Of a stretch of DNA of 64,000 nucleotides, positions 43,701 to 55,346 are shown piece after piece. Made by a program: the position numbers and the translations under genes. The stretch comes from Alphaproteobacteria bacterium (GTDB taxonomy: Bacteria > Pseudomonadota > Alphaproteobacteria > UBA6615). Position 1 is the stretch's first letter. Every line of letters starts with the position of its first letter. Location of the stretch: contig CBDHEC010000057.1 in the NCBI GenBank assembly GCA_965261975.1, positions 153,101-217,100 on the forward strand, in the 5' to 3' direction. Below the pieces are notes generated by a model. The model did not search any database. It was given only the letters and a program-made list of their open reading frames with translations, and was not told the DNA's origin.

Positions 43701-45029
43701 TCAGTTCGCAAGCGCTGCCGCACGCTCGACGTTGCGCCGATTGAACAGGCTCTCCGGCTTGGCTTCAACGCGCGCAGCCATCAGTTCTCGGGCAACGGAA
43801 CCCTGATTTGCGCAAATGGCGGATTCGACCAGGGTCCGCTGCAGCACGTCGCGCTGCGCATGGGAGCCGCCAAAACGTTGTGCGATGGGTGCGACGGGTA
43901 ACAGGAGGTCGGTTGCGCGTGCAAAATCAGATCGCGCGAAGGCCTGGATTGCCTGTGCGAAGGGCAAGCCCACATCGCGGGTCATAATCGCGTTGGTTCC
44001 CGCCTCGCCGGCTGCCCTCTTCATGGTCGCCAACAGCGTCTCGGCTGCGGCATCGCGCCCTGCGCCGACAAACGCCATCATCGCGTGCACATCATTGAAC
44101 GCGTAGTAGCCGTCATCGACGGTGCCTTCCCAGGTATCGGCGAGTTCGACCCAGCGATCCCCGACATCCACGCCATCGAGATGCAGCCGCCAAAGAAGAG
44201 CCGACGCGTCGAGCATCTCGAGAACGACGTCAGACGCTTGCGGGCGCACACCGGTGTCGTAAATCTCGAGCACCCGGTCAATCTCGCCCCGGTCCAGATG
44301 GTAGAGCGAAAGGTGCCACCAATTGTGGAAGGCGAACATGTTGTCCGAGGCCCAGTCATCACGGCGGTCGTTGTACCAGCCGACCCCGTCGCCGAGCCGT
44401 CCTTGCATCTCCAGAACATGGGCCACCGCATGAATCGCCCAAGGGTCACGAGGTTCGCTCGCCACCGCCGCGCGGCCCGTTTCCTCTGCCTCGGCAAATG
44501 CGTTCATTTCCTCCAACCCGAAGGCGTGCATGCCAAGCACATACCCGTAGCCGGGCGTATCTTCATCCCAGGCCGGGCGCACAGCTGCAATGCGATCGCG
44601 CAGCATATCCGATCGCCCGAGATAAAAGTCTCCCAGATGGGCAAGCTGTAGTGCCAGCAAGTCCCGGGGATGATCGGCGAGAATGGAACCCCAGCGATCG
44701 GTGACCATAGCAAAGTCGCGGTCGAGCCATGCGCGCATGGCCGCGATATGGCCGCGCTCTCTGTCGTTGGCCTTGTCCGCCAGCGCTTCGGCGGCCTCGA
44801 CACTCTCGCGCAGGAAAGGTTCGGCCGCCTTCTCCGCCGCGACGGCCATCATGCCGCCGCGTAGGCAGTGACCCATGATGAATTCAGGATCCTCGGCCAA
44901 TGCGGTCTCGATTTCCTCAAGGGGGTCGAGAAAATAGCCATTCAGAAGCGTGAGTGCGGTTTCGTAGCGAGCCAGTGAGGCCTGGTTACCGGTTGAGACC
45001 GGCACATCACGACAATCCATCAACGTCAT
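43701..45029 (-). CDS. TTC38-like tetratricopeptide repeat protein
   Basis: HPRDLLAL, GMHAFGLEE, DPWAIHAVAHV.EM, HNWWH, DASALLWRL and GGSHAQRD motifs. Confidence 0.8.
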   Translation of the reverse strand: MTLMDCRDVPVSTGNQASLARYETALTLLNGYFLDPLEEIETALAEDPEFIMGHCLRGGMMAVAAEKAAEPFLRESVEAAEALADKANDRERGHIAAMRAWLDRDFAMVTDRWGSILADHPRDLLALQLAHLGDFYLGRSDMLRDRIAAVRPAWDEDTPGYGYVLGMHAFGLEEMNAFAEAEETGRAAVASEPRDPWAIHAVAHVLEMQGRLGDGVGWYNDRRDDWASDNMFAFHNWWHLSLYHLDRGEIDRVLEIYDTGVRPQASDVVLEMLDASALLWRLHLDGVDVGDRWVELADTWEGTVDDGYYAFNDVHAMMAFVGAGRDAAAETLLATMKRAAGEAGTNAIMTRDVGLPFAQAIQAFARSDFARATDLLLPVAPIAQRFGGSHAQRDVLQRTLVESAICANQGSVARELMAARVEAKPESLFNRRNVERAAALAN

Positions 45030-45055
45030 CGCGCCTTCCTCGGGTTCAGCACGCG

Positions 45056-48000
45056 TTACTCAGCGGCATCGGGTTCGGCTGCCCCGTATCCGCCGCCGCC
45101 CGGTGTTTCGATCACGAACACATCCCCGGGGCCGGCCTGCGTTCGATCGGTACCGGACATATCCACCCGCGACCCGTCGACGCGTTCCAGCCAGTTTCGG
45201 CCCACGGCACCATCGCCACCGCCGGCCAGACCATAGGGCGGGATCTCGCGGTGGTTGGCCAGGATCATCACATCCATGTCTTCGAGGAACCGCACACGTC
45301 GCCGCGCACCGTCGCCGCCCTGGTGGGTGCCCAAGCCACCCGACCCCTCGCGAACCTCGAAGCTCTCCAGCAACACCGGAAAGCGCCATTCGAGAATTTC
45401 CGGATCGGTCAGGCGCGAATTGGTCATGTGGGTGTGTACGGCCGAGGTGCCGTCGAAATCCGGGCCCGCCCCCGAGCCGCCGCAGATCGTCTCGTAATAC
45501 TGATGGGTGGCGTTGCCGAAGGTGAAATTGTTCATGGTTCCCTGGGCCGCCGCCATCACACCCAGCGCGCCATACAGACTGTCGGTCAGCGCCTGGCTGG
45601 TCTCGACATTGCCCGCGACCACGGCCGCCGGGTATTCGGGCGCCAGCATGGAGCATTTCGGGATCACGATCTCGATCGGCTTGAGGCAGCCCTCGTTCAT
45701 CGGGATTTCATCGTCGACCAGGGTGCGGAAGACATAGAGCACCGCCGCCCGAGCGATCGCCGTCGGCGCATTGAAGTTGCTGTCGAGCTGGGCGCTGGTG
45801 CCGGTGAAGTCGACCTTCGCGCTGCGCGTCGCCCGGTTGATCGAGATCGCGACACGGATTTCCGCACCGTTGTCCAGCGGATAGGTGAATTCCCCGTCGC
45901 GCAAGACATCGAGCACCCGGCGCACGGATTCCTCGGCATTGTCCTGCACATGGCCCATATAGGCGTGGACAGTATCCAGACCGAACTGATCCACCATCCG
46001 GCGCAATTCCGATACGCCCTTCTCGTTGGCTGCGATCTGGGCCTTGAGGTCGGCCACGTTCTGATCCGGGTTACGCACCGGATGTGCGCCTGAACCAAGC
46101 AACTCGCGGATCGCGTCCTCGCGGAAGGCGCCGGCGTCGACCGCCTTGAAATTATCGATCAGTACGCCTTCATCATCGATGGTGCGCGAGTCCGGCGGCA
46201 TGGAGCCGGGCGATATGCCGCCAATGTCGGCATGATGGCCGCGGCTGCCCACATAGAACAGAATTTCATGACCCGCATCATCGAACACAGGCGTGATCAC
46301 GGTCACGTCGGGCAAGTGGGTACCGCCGTTGTAAGGCGCGTTGAGCATGTACACGTCGCCGCGCGTCATCCGCGACGCGTTCTCCCGGATCACCACGCGG
46401 ATGCTCTCCGACATGGAACCAAGATGCACGGGCATATGGGGCGCGTTGGCAACCAAATTCCCGTCGGGTGCGAAGATCGCACAGGAGAAGTCAAGCCGCT
46501 CCTTGATGTTGACCGAGTAGGCGGTGTTCTGCAGCGTCACGCCCATCTGCTCGGCAATCGACATGTAGAGATTGTTGAAGACCTCGAGCATCACCGGATC
46601 GACATCTGTTCCGATCGCGGCGACACGTTCTGCGGCGACCACACGCTCGATCACCAGATCGCCACGATCGGTCATCGCCGCGCGCCAGCCCGGTTCGATG
46701 ATCGTGGTCGCCACCGCCTCGCTGATGATCGCGGGGCCATCGATCGCAACGCCGGGCGCGAGCGCATCGCGTTCGTAGACCGGTGTCGAGTGCGCGGCAC
46801 CGTCCATGTGAGCGGTAACCTGATCTACCGATGCCGCATCTCCCATCACATCCGGCGCCAGGTCCGCGTCCGCGTTCTGGTCCGACGCGCCGATCGCCTC
46901 GACGGCCGCCGTCTCCACGATCAGCGCCTTTTCGGGCATCGTGAAGCCGTAGCGCTGGCGATGCATCTCGGCAAAGCTGTCCGCCATCTCGGCCGCACCT
47001 GAAAAATCGACCTCGAGCGATGTGTCCGTTCCTTCGTAGCGAAGGTGCAGTCGGCGGCGGACCGTAATACGCGCGTCATCAACACCCTGGCCCAAGACCT
47101 CGTCCCGTGCCGCACCGGCGAGTTGCTCCAGGATCGTGGCGACCCTCTCATCGACCGCATCACCGAGCGGCGCCTCGACGGATTGCTCGCGTAGCGCGCG
47201 GATATCGGCCAACCCCATGCCATAGGCCGACAGAACGCCGGCGAACGGGTGCAGCAACACGCGGGTCATGCCGAGCGCATCAGCCACCAGGCAGGCATGC
47301 TGACCGGCCGCGCCACCAAAAGCGCAAAGCGTGTATTGCGTCACGTCATAGCCACGTTCGACGGAGATTTTCTTGATCGCATTGGCCATGTTCTCGACCG
47401 CGATCTTCAAGAATCCCTCCGCAACCTCGACAGGGCTGCGGGTGTCGCCGGTCGCCGTGCGGATGTCTTCCGTCAGCGCCTCGAACTTCGCGCGCACCGC
47501 AGCGGCATCCAGCGGCGAATCCTGAGCGGGCCCAAAGACCGACGGGAAATGTTCGGGCTGCAGCTTGCCCAGCATCACGTTGCAGTCGGTGACCGTCAGC
47601 GGCCCGCCCTTGCCGTAGCTCGCAGGGCCCGGGTCGGCGCCCGCGCTTTCAGGGCCGACACGGTAGCGTGCCCCGTCGAACGAGCAGATCGACCCGCCAC
47701 CGGCCGCAACCGTATGGATCTGCATCATCGGCGCACGCATCCGCACCCCGGCCACCAGCGTCTCGAAGGCGCGTTCCAGCTCGCCGTAGTAATGGGTCAC
47801 ATCGGTGGACGTGCCGCCCATGTCGAAGCCGATCATCCGGTCGAAGCCCGCCGCCTCGCTCACCTGCACCGCGCCGACGACACCGCCGGCGGGGCCCGAC
47901 AGGATCGCGTCCTTGCCCTGGAACATGTGCGCGTCGGTCAGCCCGCCGTTCGATTGCATGAACATCAGGTTCACATCGCCCAACTCCGTCGCGACCCGGT

Positions 48001-48694
48001 CCACATACCGGCGCAGGATCGGCGACAGGTAGGCATCCACCACCGTGGTATCGCCGCGTCCGACCAGCTTGATCAGCGGGCTCGTCTCGTGGCTGACGGA
48101 AATCTGGGTGAAACCAATCTCGCGCGCTATCTCGGCGCAGGCGCGCTCATGATCGGGCACCCGGTAGCCATGCATGAACGCAATCGCCACGGCGCGAATG
48201 CCATTGTCATAGGCGGCCTGCAGGCCCGCGCGTGCGCCCGCCGCATCGAACGGTGTTACGACCTCATCCTTGGCGTTCACCCGTTCGTCGATCTCGACGA
48301 CCGTTTCGTAAAGCTGCTCGGGTAGAATGATGTGCCGGTCGAACAATCGCGGGCGGGCCTGGTAACCGATGCGCAAGGCATCGCGGAAGCCACGCGTGAT
48401 CGCCAGCGCGGTCCGGTCGCCCTTGCGCTCAAGCAGGGCGTTGGTCGCGACTGTCGTGCCCATCTTCACCGCACCGATCAGGCCCGACGGGATCGTATCT
48501 CCCGCACCCAGCCCGAGCAGGTCGCGGATGCCCTGTACCGCAGCATCGGCATAGTGCTCGGGATTCTCCGACAGCAATTTGTGTGTGCGCAACGATCCGT
48601 CGGGCGAACGCCCAACGATGTCGGTAAACGTGCCGCCCCGGTCGATCCAGAAATGCCAGCGATCGACTGCGCGTATGGGTTCGTCACCCGTCAT
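45056..48694 (-). CDS. Fused hydantoinase A/B-type ATP-dependent 5-oxoprolinase
   Basis: [43 protein letters not shown] and GGTHLPD motifs; 1212 aa. Confidence 0.93.
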   Translation of the reverse strand: MTGDEPIRAVDRWHFWIDRGGTFTDIVGRSPDGSLRTHKLLSENPEHYADAAVQGIRDLLGLGAGDTIPSGLIGAVKMGTTVATNALLERKGDRTALAITRGFRDALRIGYQARPRLFDRHIILPEQLYETVVEIDERVNAKDEVVTPFDAAGARAGLQAAYDNGIRAVAIAFMHGYRVPDHERACAEIAREIGFTQISVSHETSPLIKLVGRGDTTVVDAYLSPILRRYVDRVATELGDVNLMFMQSNGGLTDAHMFQGKDAILSGPAGGVVGAVQVSEAAGFDRMIGFDMGGTSTDVTHYYGELERAFETLVAGVRMRAPMMQIHTVAAGGGSICSFDGARYRVGPESAGADPGPASYGKGGPLTVTDCNVMLGKLQPEHFPSVFGPAQDSPLDAAAVRAKFEALTEDIRTATGDTRSPVEVAEGFLKIAVENMANAIKKISVERGYDVTQYTLCAFGGAAGQHACLVADALGMTRVLLHPFAGVLSAYGMGLADIRALREQSVEAPLGDAVDERVATILEQLAGAARDEVLGQGVDDARITVRRRLHLRYEGTDTSLEVDFSGAAEMADSFAEMHRQRYGFTMPEKALIVETAAVEAIGASDQNADADLAPDVMGDAASVDQVTAHMDGAAHSTPVYERDALAPGVAIDGPAIISEAVATTIIEPGWRAAMTDRGDLVIERVVAAERVAAIGTDVDPVMLEVFNNLYMSIAEQMGVTLQNTAYSVNIKERLDFSCAIFAPDGNLVANAPHMPVHLGSMSESIRVVIRENASRMTRGDVYMLNAPYNGGTHLPDVTVITPVFDDAGHEILFYVGSRGHHADIGGISPGSMPPDSRTIDDEGVLIDNFKAVDAGAFREDAIRELLGSGAHPVRNPDQNVADLKAQIAANEKGVSELRRMVDQFGLDTVHAYMGHVQDNAEESVRRVLDVLRDGEFTYPLDNGAEIRVAISINRATRSAKVDFTGTSAQLDSNFNAPTAIARAAVLYVFRTLVDDEIPMNEGCLKPIEIVIPKCSMLAPEYPAAVVAGNVETSQALTDSLYGALGVMAAAQGTMNNFTFGNATHQYYETICGGSGAGPDFDGTSAVHTHMTNSRLTDPEILEWRFPVLLESFEVREGSGGLGTHQGGDGARRRVRFLEDMDVMILANHREIPPYGLAGGGDGAVGRNWLERVDGSRVDMSGTDRTQAGPGDVFVIETPGGGGYGAAEPDAAE

Positions 48695-48766
48695 GAACTA
48701 TCCCCGATATTTGGCGGCAGACTGGTTTGTCACACGGCGAAAGTCAAAGGTCCGAAGCCCCATCAG

Positions 48767-48796
48767 AAAAACCAGCGGGCATCGCATGCCCGCTGG
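48767..48796 (-). terminator. Rho-independent terminator after the PEBP-like gene
   Basis: ccagcgggcat-cgc-atgcccgctgg with T5 on the minus strand. Confidence 0.7.
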
Positions 48797-48857
48797 CCTT
48801 TCTGTTTGCGCAGCAAAACGGAGACCCGTTCGACGCGCCAGGGAATCACACGCTAGA

Positions 48858-49262
48858 TCAGGGATACTTTTGCCTGGATTTCGCTCGTGCAAGTGTGTCG
48901 CCATCCGCATCGCGGGCGCGGGCGCTCCACTCATAGGTATGCTGCCCGCTGGGCGGGCACGGGCTCTGATACTTGAACGCACCCGGCTGAATGACATTGT
49001 CACCTGTATAGTCGGCCGTGCCGCCGCCGTGATTGAAACCGGGCGCATCACGGTCGGTCAGCGAGAACCGAATTTCCTTGGTGCCCTCCGGCACATTACT
49101 CAACTCGAATATCGGGTTCTCAACCCTGTTGGGAAAGCCCGTCGTACACCGAGGAATATCTCCCCATTTGAATGTGAACGAAAAATCCTGCGCATGTACG
49201 TTCGCGGAAAACACCGTTGACCCGGCGACCGCCAAAACACCTAAAATTAAACCAGACCTCAT
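48858..49262 (-). CDS. Exported YbhB/YbcL (PEBP-like) family protein
   Basis: Signal peptide; VPEGT, D.DAP..NHGGG and Y..PCPP.G.H.Y.W motifs. Confidence 0.75.
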   Translation of the reverse strand: MRSGLILGVLAVAGSTVFSANVHAQDFSFTFKWGDIPRCTTGFPNRVENPIFELSNVPEGTKEIRFSLTDRDAPGFNHGGGTADYTGDNVIQPGAFKYQSPCPPSGQHTYEWSARARDADGDTLARAKSRQKYP

Positions 49263-49392
49263 GAGCCAACCCTTCCCGTTATCGGTAGTCCCTCACAGGG
49301 ATACGAAAATTATCACCCAAGGGGTCCCAAATGTCACTGGCAGAAGCGAAACCGGCATTTCTCCCCACGGGATTTTGGGTTAAACGTCTCCC

Positions 49393-50130
49393 ATGAGCAT
49401 TTGGGGCAAGGTACTGGGTGGTGCGGCCGGTTTCGCGCTGGGCGGCCCGCTGGGCGCACTGCTCGGCGGCGTGGCCGGGCATATCTACGACTCCCATCGC
49501 AGCGGCGGTGCGGCCGAGGTCGCCGGCGGCGACCCGACCAAGCAGGTCGGTTTCACCATCGCCGTGATCGCGCTGGGCGCGAAGCTCGCCAAGGCCGACG
49601 GCGTGGTGACGCCGGACGAGATCCGCGCCTTCCGCCGGGTCTTCAAGGTGGCGCCCGAGGAAACCCAGAATGTCGCCAAGGTCTTCAACATGGCCCGCAA
49701 GTCGACCGATGGCTATGAGCTCTATGCCAAACAGGTCGCCGGCATGTTCCGGGAAAACCCGGCCGTGCTTGAGGAACTGGTGAACTGCCTTTTCCTGATC
49801 GCCAAGGCGGACGGCGAGGTCCATGACGAGGAACTGAACTATCTGCGCAACGTGTCGGCGATATTCGGGTTCACCGACACGGACTTCGCCCGCATCCGCG
49901 AAGAGAATATGGGCCCCGATGCAGCCGACCCCTACACCATCCTCGGCGTCGGTCACGATACCGACGACGACACCATCAAGTCGGCCTATCGCAAGCTGGT
50001 GCGCGAGAACCACCCCGACACGCTGATCGCCCAGGGGATGCCGGAGGAATTCGTCGAGGTCGCGAACGAAAAGCTGGCGACGATCAACGCCGCCTATGAC
50101 AAGATTTGCGCCGCGCGCGGGATCAAGTAG
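49393..50130 (+). CDS. djlA: DjlA-type co-chaperone (TerB-like domain plus C-terminal J domain)
   Basis: WGKVLGG..G...GGPLGA.LG, AKADG, DPYTILG and HPD motifs. Confidence 0.88.
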   Translation: MSIWGKVLGGAAGFALGGPLGALLGGVAGHIYDSHRSGGAAEVAGGDPTKQVGFTIAVIALGAKLAKADGVVTPDEIRAFRRVFKVAPEETQNVAKVFNMARKSTDGYELYAKQVAGMFRENPAVLEELVNCLFLIAKADGEVHDEELNYLRNVSAIFGFTDTDFARIREENMGPDAADPYTILGVGHDTDDDTIKSAYRKLVRENHPDTLIAQGMPEEFVEVANEKLATINAAYDKICAARGIK

Positions 50131-50145
50131 CCTCGCCTTTCCGCC

Positions 50146-51972
50146 ATGGCCGCCGACCCTCCTGTCCTCACCTTGAAGAACGCTGCCGTCGGCTTCGGCG
50201 GCACGCCCTTGTTTACCGGCGCGGAACTATCAGTCACGCCGGGGATGCGGGCCTGCCTGGTCGGACGCAACGGCACCGGCAAATCCACAATCCTGAAACT
50301 CCTCGCCGGGCTACTCGAACCCGATGACGGCGACCTCTACGTCCAGCCCGGCCTGACCGTCGGCTACCTGCCCCAGGACATCCCCCTGCCCGACGACATG
50401 CTCATCGCGGACTTCGTCGCCCGCATGGGTGCCGAACTGGGCATGAGCCCGGATACCGCGCCGCGCCACGCCGTCGATGCTGCCCTCTCGCGGGTCGATA
50501 TAGATGGCACGCGAAACGTCAACAGCCTGTCGGGTGGCGAGTCACGCCGGGTGGCCATCGCCGGGGCGCTCCTGGGTGATCCGGACGTACTGCTGCTGGA
50601 CGAACCGACCAACCATCTCGACCTGCCGACCATCGAATGGCTGGAACGCGAGCTGGTCGACCGCCGAAAGACGTTGATCACGATCAGCCATGACCGGGCG
50701 TTCCTCGAAACCATCACGACGGACACCTTCTGGCTGCACAGGGGAGCCCTGCGTCACAACAGCGAGGGGTACGGCAAGTTCGAGGCATGGACCGAGCAGG
50801 TCGCCGATGCCGAGGTGCGCGCAGCACAGAAACTCGATCAGAAGCTCAAGGCGGAAGCTCGTTGGCTCGAGCGTGGCGTGACCGCAAGGCGCAGACGCAA
50901 CCAGGGCCGCCTCACCCGTCTCTACGAGATGCGTGCCCAGCGAAAGGCGCTACTCACCGGCCAGGACCTCGTCCAGCTCGAGGCCGAGGCGGGCCCGATC
51001 AGCAGCCGCCTGGTCGTCGAATGTGAGAACCTCTGCAAGTCCTTCGGCGACGACGTGATCATCGACAAGTTCTCAACCCGCATATTACGCGGCGACCGGG
51101 TTGGGCTGGTCGGCCCCAACGGTGCGGGCAAGACGACATTGCTGAAGCTCCTGATCGGCGAGCTGGAAAAGGATTCCGGTCGCCTGCGCCGCGCCAAGAA
51201 TACCGCGCTCGCCTTCTTCGACCAGACCCGCGAACAGCTCGATCCCAACGACACGCTTTGGCAGACGCTCGCACCCCAGGGCGGAGATTCGATCAACGTG
51301 CGCGGCGCCCAGCGCCACGTGGTGGCCTATCTGCGCGACTTCCTGTTCGATGAAAAGCAGGCTCGCGCGCCGGTCGCCACCCTGTCGGGCGGCGAGCGCA
51401 ATCGTCTGCTGCTCGCCAAGATCCTGGCCCAGACTTCCAACCTACTCGTGCTCGACGAACCCACCAACGATCTCGATGCCGACACGCTGGACGTTTTACT
51501 CGACATGCTCGACAGCTATGAGGGCACGGTCCTTCTCGTCAGCCATGACCGGGACTTCCTCGACCGTGTGGTCAACTCGACCATCGCCGTCGAGGGCGGT
51601 GGCCAGGTGATGGAGTATCCAGGCGGCTACTCGGACTATCTGCGCCAGCGCAAGAAAGCCAAGCCACCTTCGAAGTCGGTGAAGAAACCAGCGGCCAGCA
51701 AACCCGCACGCAAAACGGCAAATGCGCCGAAGAAAATGACCTTTAAGGAGGAGCACGAACTCGGCGTGCTGCCGGACCGGATCAAGGCACTCGAGAATGC
51801 CAAGGTCGAACTCGAGAAAGCGCTGTCCGACCCCGATCTGTTCGCACGCGATGCGGCAACCTACAAAACGACCGCGCAGAAACTGGCCGAGGTGGAAGCG
51901 GCCATCGCGGCCGCGGAAGATCGCTGGCTGGATCTCGAGGCGCGGCGCGAGAGCCTGGAGGCCGCGCGATGA
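50146..51972 (+). CDS. uup: ABC-F family ATPase (Uup-like)
   Basis: Two ABC domains (GRNGTGKST/LSGGE/LDEPTNHLD; GPNGAGKTT/LSGGE/LDEPTNDLD), TARRRRNQGR linker and C-terminal coiled coil. Confidence 0.9.
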   Translation: MAADPPVLTLKNAAVGFGGTPLFTGAELSVTPGMRACLVGRNGTGKSTILKLLAGLLEPDDGDLYVQPGLTVGYLPQDIPLPDDMLIADFVARMGAELGMSPDTAPRHAVDAALSRVDIDGTRNVNSLSGGESRRVAIAGALLGDPDVLLLDEPTNHLDLPTIEWLERELVDRRKTLITISHDRAFLETITTDTFWLHRGALRHNSEGYGKFEAWTEQVADAEVRAAQKLDQKLKAEARWLERGVTARRRRNQGRLTRLYEMRAQRKALLTGQDLVQLEAEAGPISSRLVVECENLCKSFGDDVIIDKFSTRILRGDRVGLVGPNGAGKTTLLKLLIGELEKDSGRLRRAKNTALAFFDQTREQLDPNDTLWQTLAPQGGDSINVRGAQRHVVAYLRDFLFDEKQARAPVATLSGGERNRLLLAKILAQTSNLLVLDEPTNDLDADTLDVLLDMLDSYEGTVLLVSHDRDFLDRVVNSTIAVEGGGQVMEYPGGYSDYLRQRKKAKPPSKSVKKPAASKPARKTANAPKKMTFKEEHELGVLPDRIKALENAKVELEKALSDPDLFARDAATYKTTAQKLAEVEAAIAAAEDRWLDLEARRESLEAAR

Positions 51973-52688
51973 TCACCGAGTTCCAATCACCCAACTGCGG
52001 TGCGCGAAAACCCGAACAGGGCCACGCGCCAGAGATCGATACGCTGGTCATCCACTATACCGGCATGATGCCGACCGCGCGGGCGCGCGACTGGCTCTGC
52101 GACCCGGCATCACAAGTAAGCGCCCACTACCTGCTCGACGAGGACGGCACGAGCTGGCGACTCGTCGACGAGGAATCCCGGGCCTGGCATGCGGGGGTCG
52201 GCGGCTGGCGCGGCTGGCGGGACATCAACTCCCGCTCGATCGGAATCGAGTTGTCGAACCCCGGACATGACTATGGCTACCGGGACTTCCCGGAAGTCCA
52301 GATCGCCGCACTGATCGCGCTGTCCCGCGACATACTCGCCCGCCATCCGATCCCGGCGCACAATGTGGTCGCGCACTCCGATATCGCGCCGGACCGCAAG
52401 ATCGACCCCGGCGAACGTTTCCCCTGGGCCGAGCTCGCCGCGGCCGGCATCGGCATCTGGCCCGATCCAGACACCCCGGCTGATGCCGCCACCGCCATGC
52501 AGGCCGCCCCGATGATCATGTTGTCGGAAATCGGCTACGACACCGATGAATACGCCGAAGAGACGGTCATTTCGGCATTTCAGCGGCGTTTTCGCCCGTC
52601 TCTTTTCGACGGCGTGCTCGACGACGAGACCAGACAGCGGATCGGACAGGTACATAGTCTGGTTGCAGCGTCGTCCGGTTCGGCCTAA
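51969..52688 (+). CDS. N-acetylmuramoyl-L-alanine amidase (Amidase_2, AmpD/AmiD-like)
   Basis: IHYTGM, VSAHY, RAWHAG, SIGIE, HSDIAP.RK.DPG and C-terminal AFQRRFRP motifs. Confidence 0.93.
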   Translation: MITEFQSPNCGARKPEQGHAPEIDTLVIHYTGMMPTARARDWLCDPASQVSAHYLLDEDGTSWRLVDEESRAWHAGVGGWRGWRDINSRSIGIELSNPGHDYGYRDFPEVQIAALIALSRDILARHPIPAHNVVAHSDIAPDRKIDPGERFPWAELAAAGIGIWPDPDTPADAATAMQAAPMIMLSEIGYDTDEYAEETVISAFQRRFRPSLFDGVLDDETRQRIGQVHSLVAASSGSA

Positions 52689-52699
52689 GGAAAGCCCTC

Positions 52700-53069
<370 letters not shown>

Positions 53070-53242
53070 GATAATTTCCCCAAGAAAAGAACATTACAAG
53101 AACAAAGTTCTGCCCCTTTATGCGCCGATCCTTCTTTTGTGGGATCGCGAATGTCCTCTCATGTCCGAATGACGATTACTTAGGCGCGCAAATCGGCAGC
53201 ATACAGCACTCTGATTTTTCGTCTTTTTTACTGGTTTTGGCG

Positions 53243-53284
53243 TTGACGACCCATTTTATCCCATGATATCCCAAACAATCCCAT
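53243..53284 (+). promoter_or_regulatory. dcw promoter region with four 10-bp-phased CCCA boxes (putative MraZ operator)
   Basis: TTGACG at 53243, then CCCA at 53250, 53260, 53270 and 53280 (TGGG on the minus strand). Confidence 0.7.
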
Positions 53285-53353
53285 TTTGGCGCATGTGCCA
53301 GGGCAACAGGGAGACAGGAGCTGCCGGACATTTTTCGGCAGTGGGCGGAACAG

Positions 53354-53836
53354 ATGGCGATGTTTTTGTCGACCACCACCAACAAGGTCGACCGCAAGGG
53401 ACGGGTGTCCGTTCCTGCGGCGTTTCGTGCTGTCCTGTCCGGTCAGGCGTTCCACGGCATTGTTGCGTTCCCGTCCTTTAAACATCCCGCCGTTCAATGT
53501 GGCGGCATGGACTGGATGGAGAAGCTCGGCGCCGGCGTCGACGCCTACGACATGTTCTCCGACGAACACGACACGCTGACAGCGGCACTCTTTGCCAATG
53601 CCCAGCAACTGGCGTTCGACGGCGAAGGACGTGTCATGTTGCCCGAATCCCTGATCGCCCATGCCGGTCTTTCCGAACAGGCAGCGTTCGTCGGCCGTGG
53701 CCCGTTGTTCGAAATCTGGAACCCGGAATCCTTCGCCACCTATCAGACCGACGCTGTTCGTCAGGCCGCCGAAAAAGGCCTGACCCTGCGCCCCGGCAGT
53801 CCACCCGGGTCCGGGTCCGACGGGGGCCAACCGTGA
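53354..53836 (+). CDS. mraZ: Transcriptional repressor MraZ
   Basis: [18 protein letters not shown] and FEIW.P motifs. Confidence 0.93.
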   Translation: MAMFLSTTTNKVDRKGRVSVPAAFRAVLSGQAFHGIVAFPSFKHPAVQCGGMDWMEKLGAGVDAYDMFSDEHDTLTAALFANAQQLAFDGEGRVMLPESLIAHAGLSEQAAFVGRGPLFEIWNPESFATYQTDAVRQAAEKGLTLRPGSPPGSGSDGGQP

Positions 53837-54849
53837 CGGCGGCGCGCACATCGCGTCACATCAACACATCCGGTGTCCCCGTGACTCCCGGGCACAGCCC
53901 CGTACTCCTCGAAGAAGTCCTGACCGCGCTCGAACCGCGTGACGGCGGCATCTATGTCGACGGCACCCTCGGCGGCGGCGGCTACACCCGCAAAATCCTG
54001 GAAGCCGCGGATTGCACGGTCTGGGGGATCGATCGAGACCCCGACGCGATCTCGCGAAACGCCGATCTGGCCGCCCAATACACCGGGCGCTTGCATCTTC
54101 TGCCCGGACGCTTCGGTGACATGGACGTGCTGCTGCGTGAGAACGGCATCGAGGCTGTCGACGGCGTCGCGCTCGATCTCGGCGTTTCATCGCCGCAGAT
54201 AGACACGCCCGAACGCGGCTTTTCTTTTGCCAGCGACGGCCCACTCGACATGCGGATGGAGCGCGCGGGTGAATCTGCCGCCGATGTGGTCAACACCGCC
54301 GACGAAGCCGACCTCGCACATATCGTGCGCAAGCTGGGCGAGGAGCGTCACGCACGGCGGGTCGCGCGCGCCATCGTTTCGGCGCGCGGGCAGGCCTCGA
54401 TCGAAACTACCGCCCAGCTCGCAGACATCGTGCGCGCGGTCATTCCCAAATCACGCACATCACATATCGACCCGGCAACGCGCACGTTCCAGGCGCTACG
54501 CATTCACGTAAACGACGAACTTGGCGAACTCGACCGCGGCCTGATCGCCGCAGAGCGTCTGTTACGCCCCGGCGGCCGACTGGCGGTCGTTTCGTTCCAT
54601 TCCCTGGAAGACCGTCCGGTCAAGGCATTCCTGCGCGCGCGTAGCGGCGCCGAGGGGCGCGGTTCGCGCCACCTGCCCGATCAGCCCGACCGGCGCGCAC
54701 CCGCCTGGCGGCTTGTTTCCCGTCGCGCCATTCGCCCCGGCGATGCCGAGATCGCACGCAATCCCCGCGCGCGCTCGGCGCGCATGCGGGTCGCAGAACG
54801 TACCGCGGAGCCCTCCTGGGGTTCGGTCGCAGAGGGGGGTGCCGGATGA
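53833..54849 (+). CDS. rsmH: 16S rRNA m4C1402 methyltransferase RsmH
   Basis: [52 protein letters not shown] and NPRARSA; start could also be GTG 53881. Confidence 0.96.
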   Translation: MTAARTSRHINTSGVPVTPGHSPVLLEEVLTALEPRDGGIYVDGTLGGGGYTRKILEAADCTVWGIDRDPDAISRNADLAAQYTGRLHLLPGRFGDMDVLLRENGIEAVDGVALDLGVSSPQIDTPERGFSFASDGPLDMRMERAGESAADVVNTADEADLAHIVRKLGEERHARRVARAIVSARGQASIETTAQLADIVRAVIPKSRTSHIDPATRTFQALRIHVNDELGELDRGLIAAERLLRPGGRLAVVSFHSLEDRPVKAFLRARSGAEGRGSRHLPDQPDRRAPAWRLVSRRAIRPGDAEIARNPRARSARMRVAERTAEPSWGSVAEGGAG

Positions 54850-55346
54850 TCCGCCCAACATCCTTCATCCTTATGGTGCTCGCCGCTGCGGCCGGCGGTA
54901 CGTTGTTCCAGGTTGCCTTCGAGGTGTCCGAACTGGACGATGAACTCGCGCAGCTCAATCGCGACATTCGCAACGACCGCGATGCCATCCACGTGCTGCG
55001 CGCCGAATGGAGTTTCCTCAATCAGCCCGAACGGCTCGAGGAGCTCACACGTCGCCATCTCGACCTTCTGCCGGTCACCGGCGGACAGATTGCGGGCACG
55101 GGCGCCGTGCCCGTGCTGCCGCAAGACGAATTGCCGACGACGGGATCGAACATCGCCGGCGTCGTCATGCCGGCGGCCATCCCGGCTGCCGCCCCGCGCG
55201 CCAAACCCGCTGCCCCTGCCCCGCAGGCGCCCGTGACGCGCGCCGCCGAAAAAACCAATCGCGCCGACTTGGGCCGCTCGCTTGATGACGTGTTGCGTGA
55301 AGTGATGACCACGCCGGCTGCAGCATCCGGGGGCGTTCTGCGATGA
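54846..55346 (+). CDS. ftsL: Cell division protein FtsL (alpha type)
   Basis: TM helix plus coiled coil with [15 protein letters not shown]; between rsmH and ftsI. Confidence 0.85.
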   Translation: MIRPTSFILMVLAAAAGGTLFQVAFEVSELDDELAQLNRDIRNDRDAIHVLRAEWSFLNQPERLEELTRRHLDLLPVTGGQIAGTGAVPVLPQDELPTTGSNIAGVVMPAAIPAAAPRAKPAAPAPQAPVTRAAEKTNRADLGRSLDDVLREVMTTPAAASGGVLR

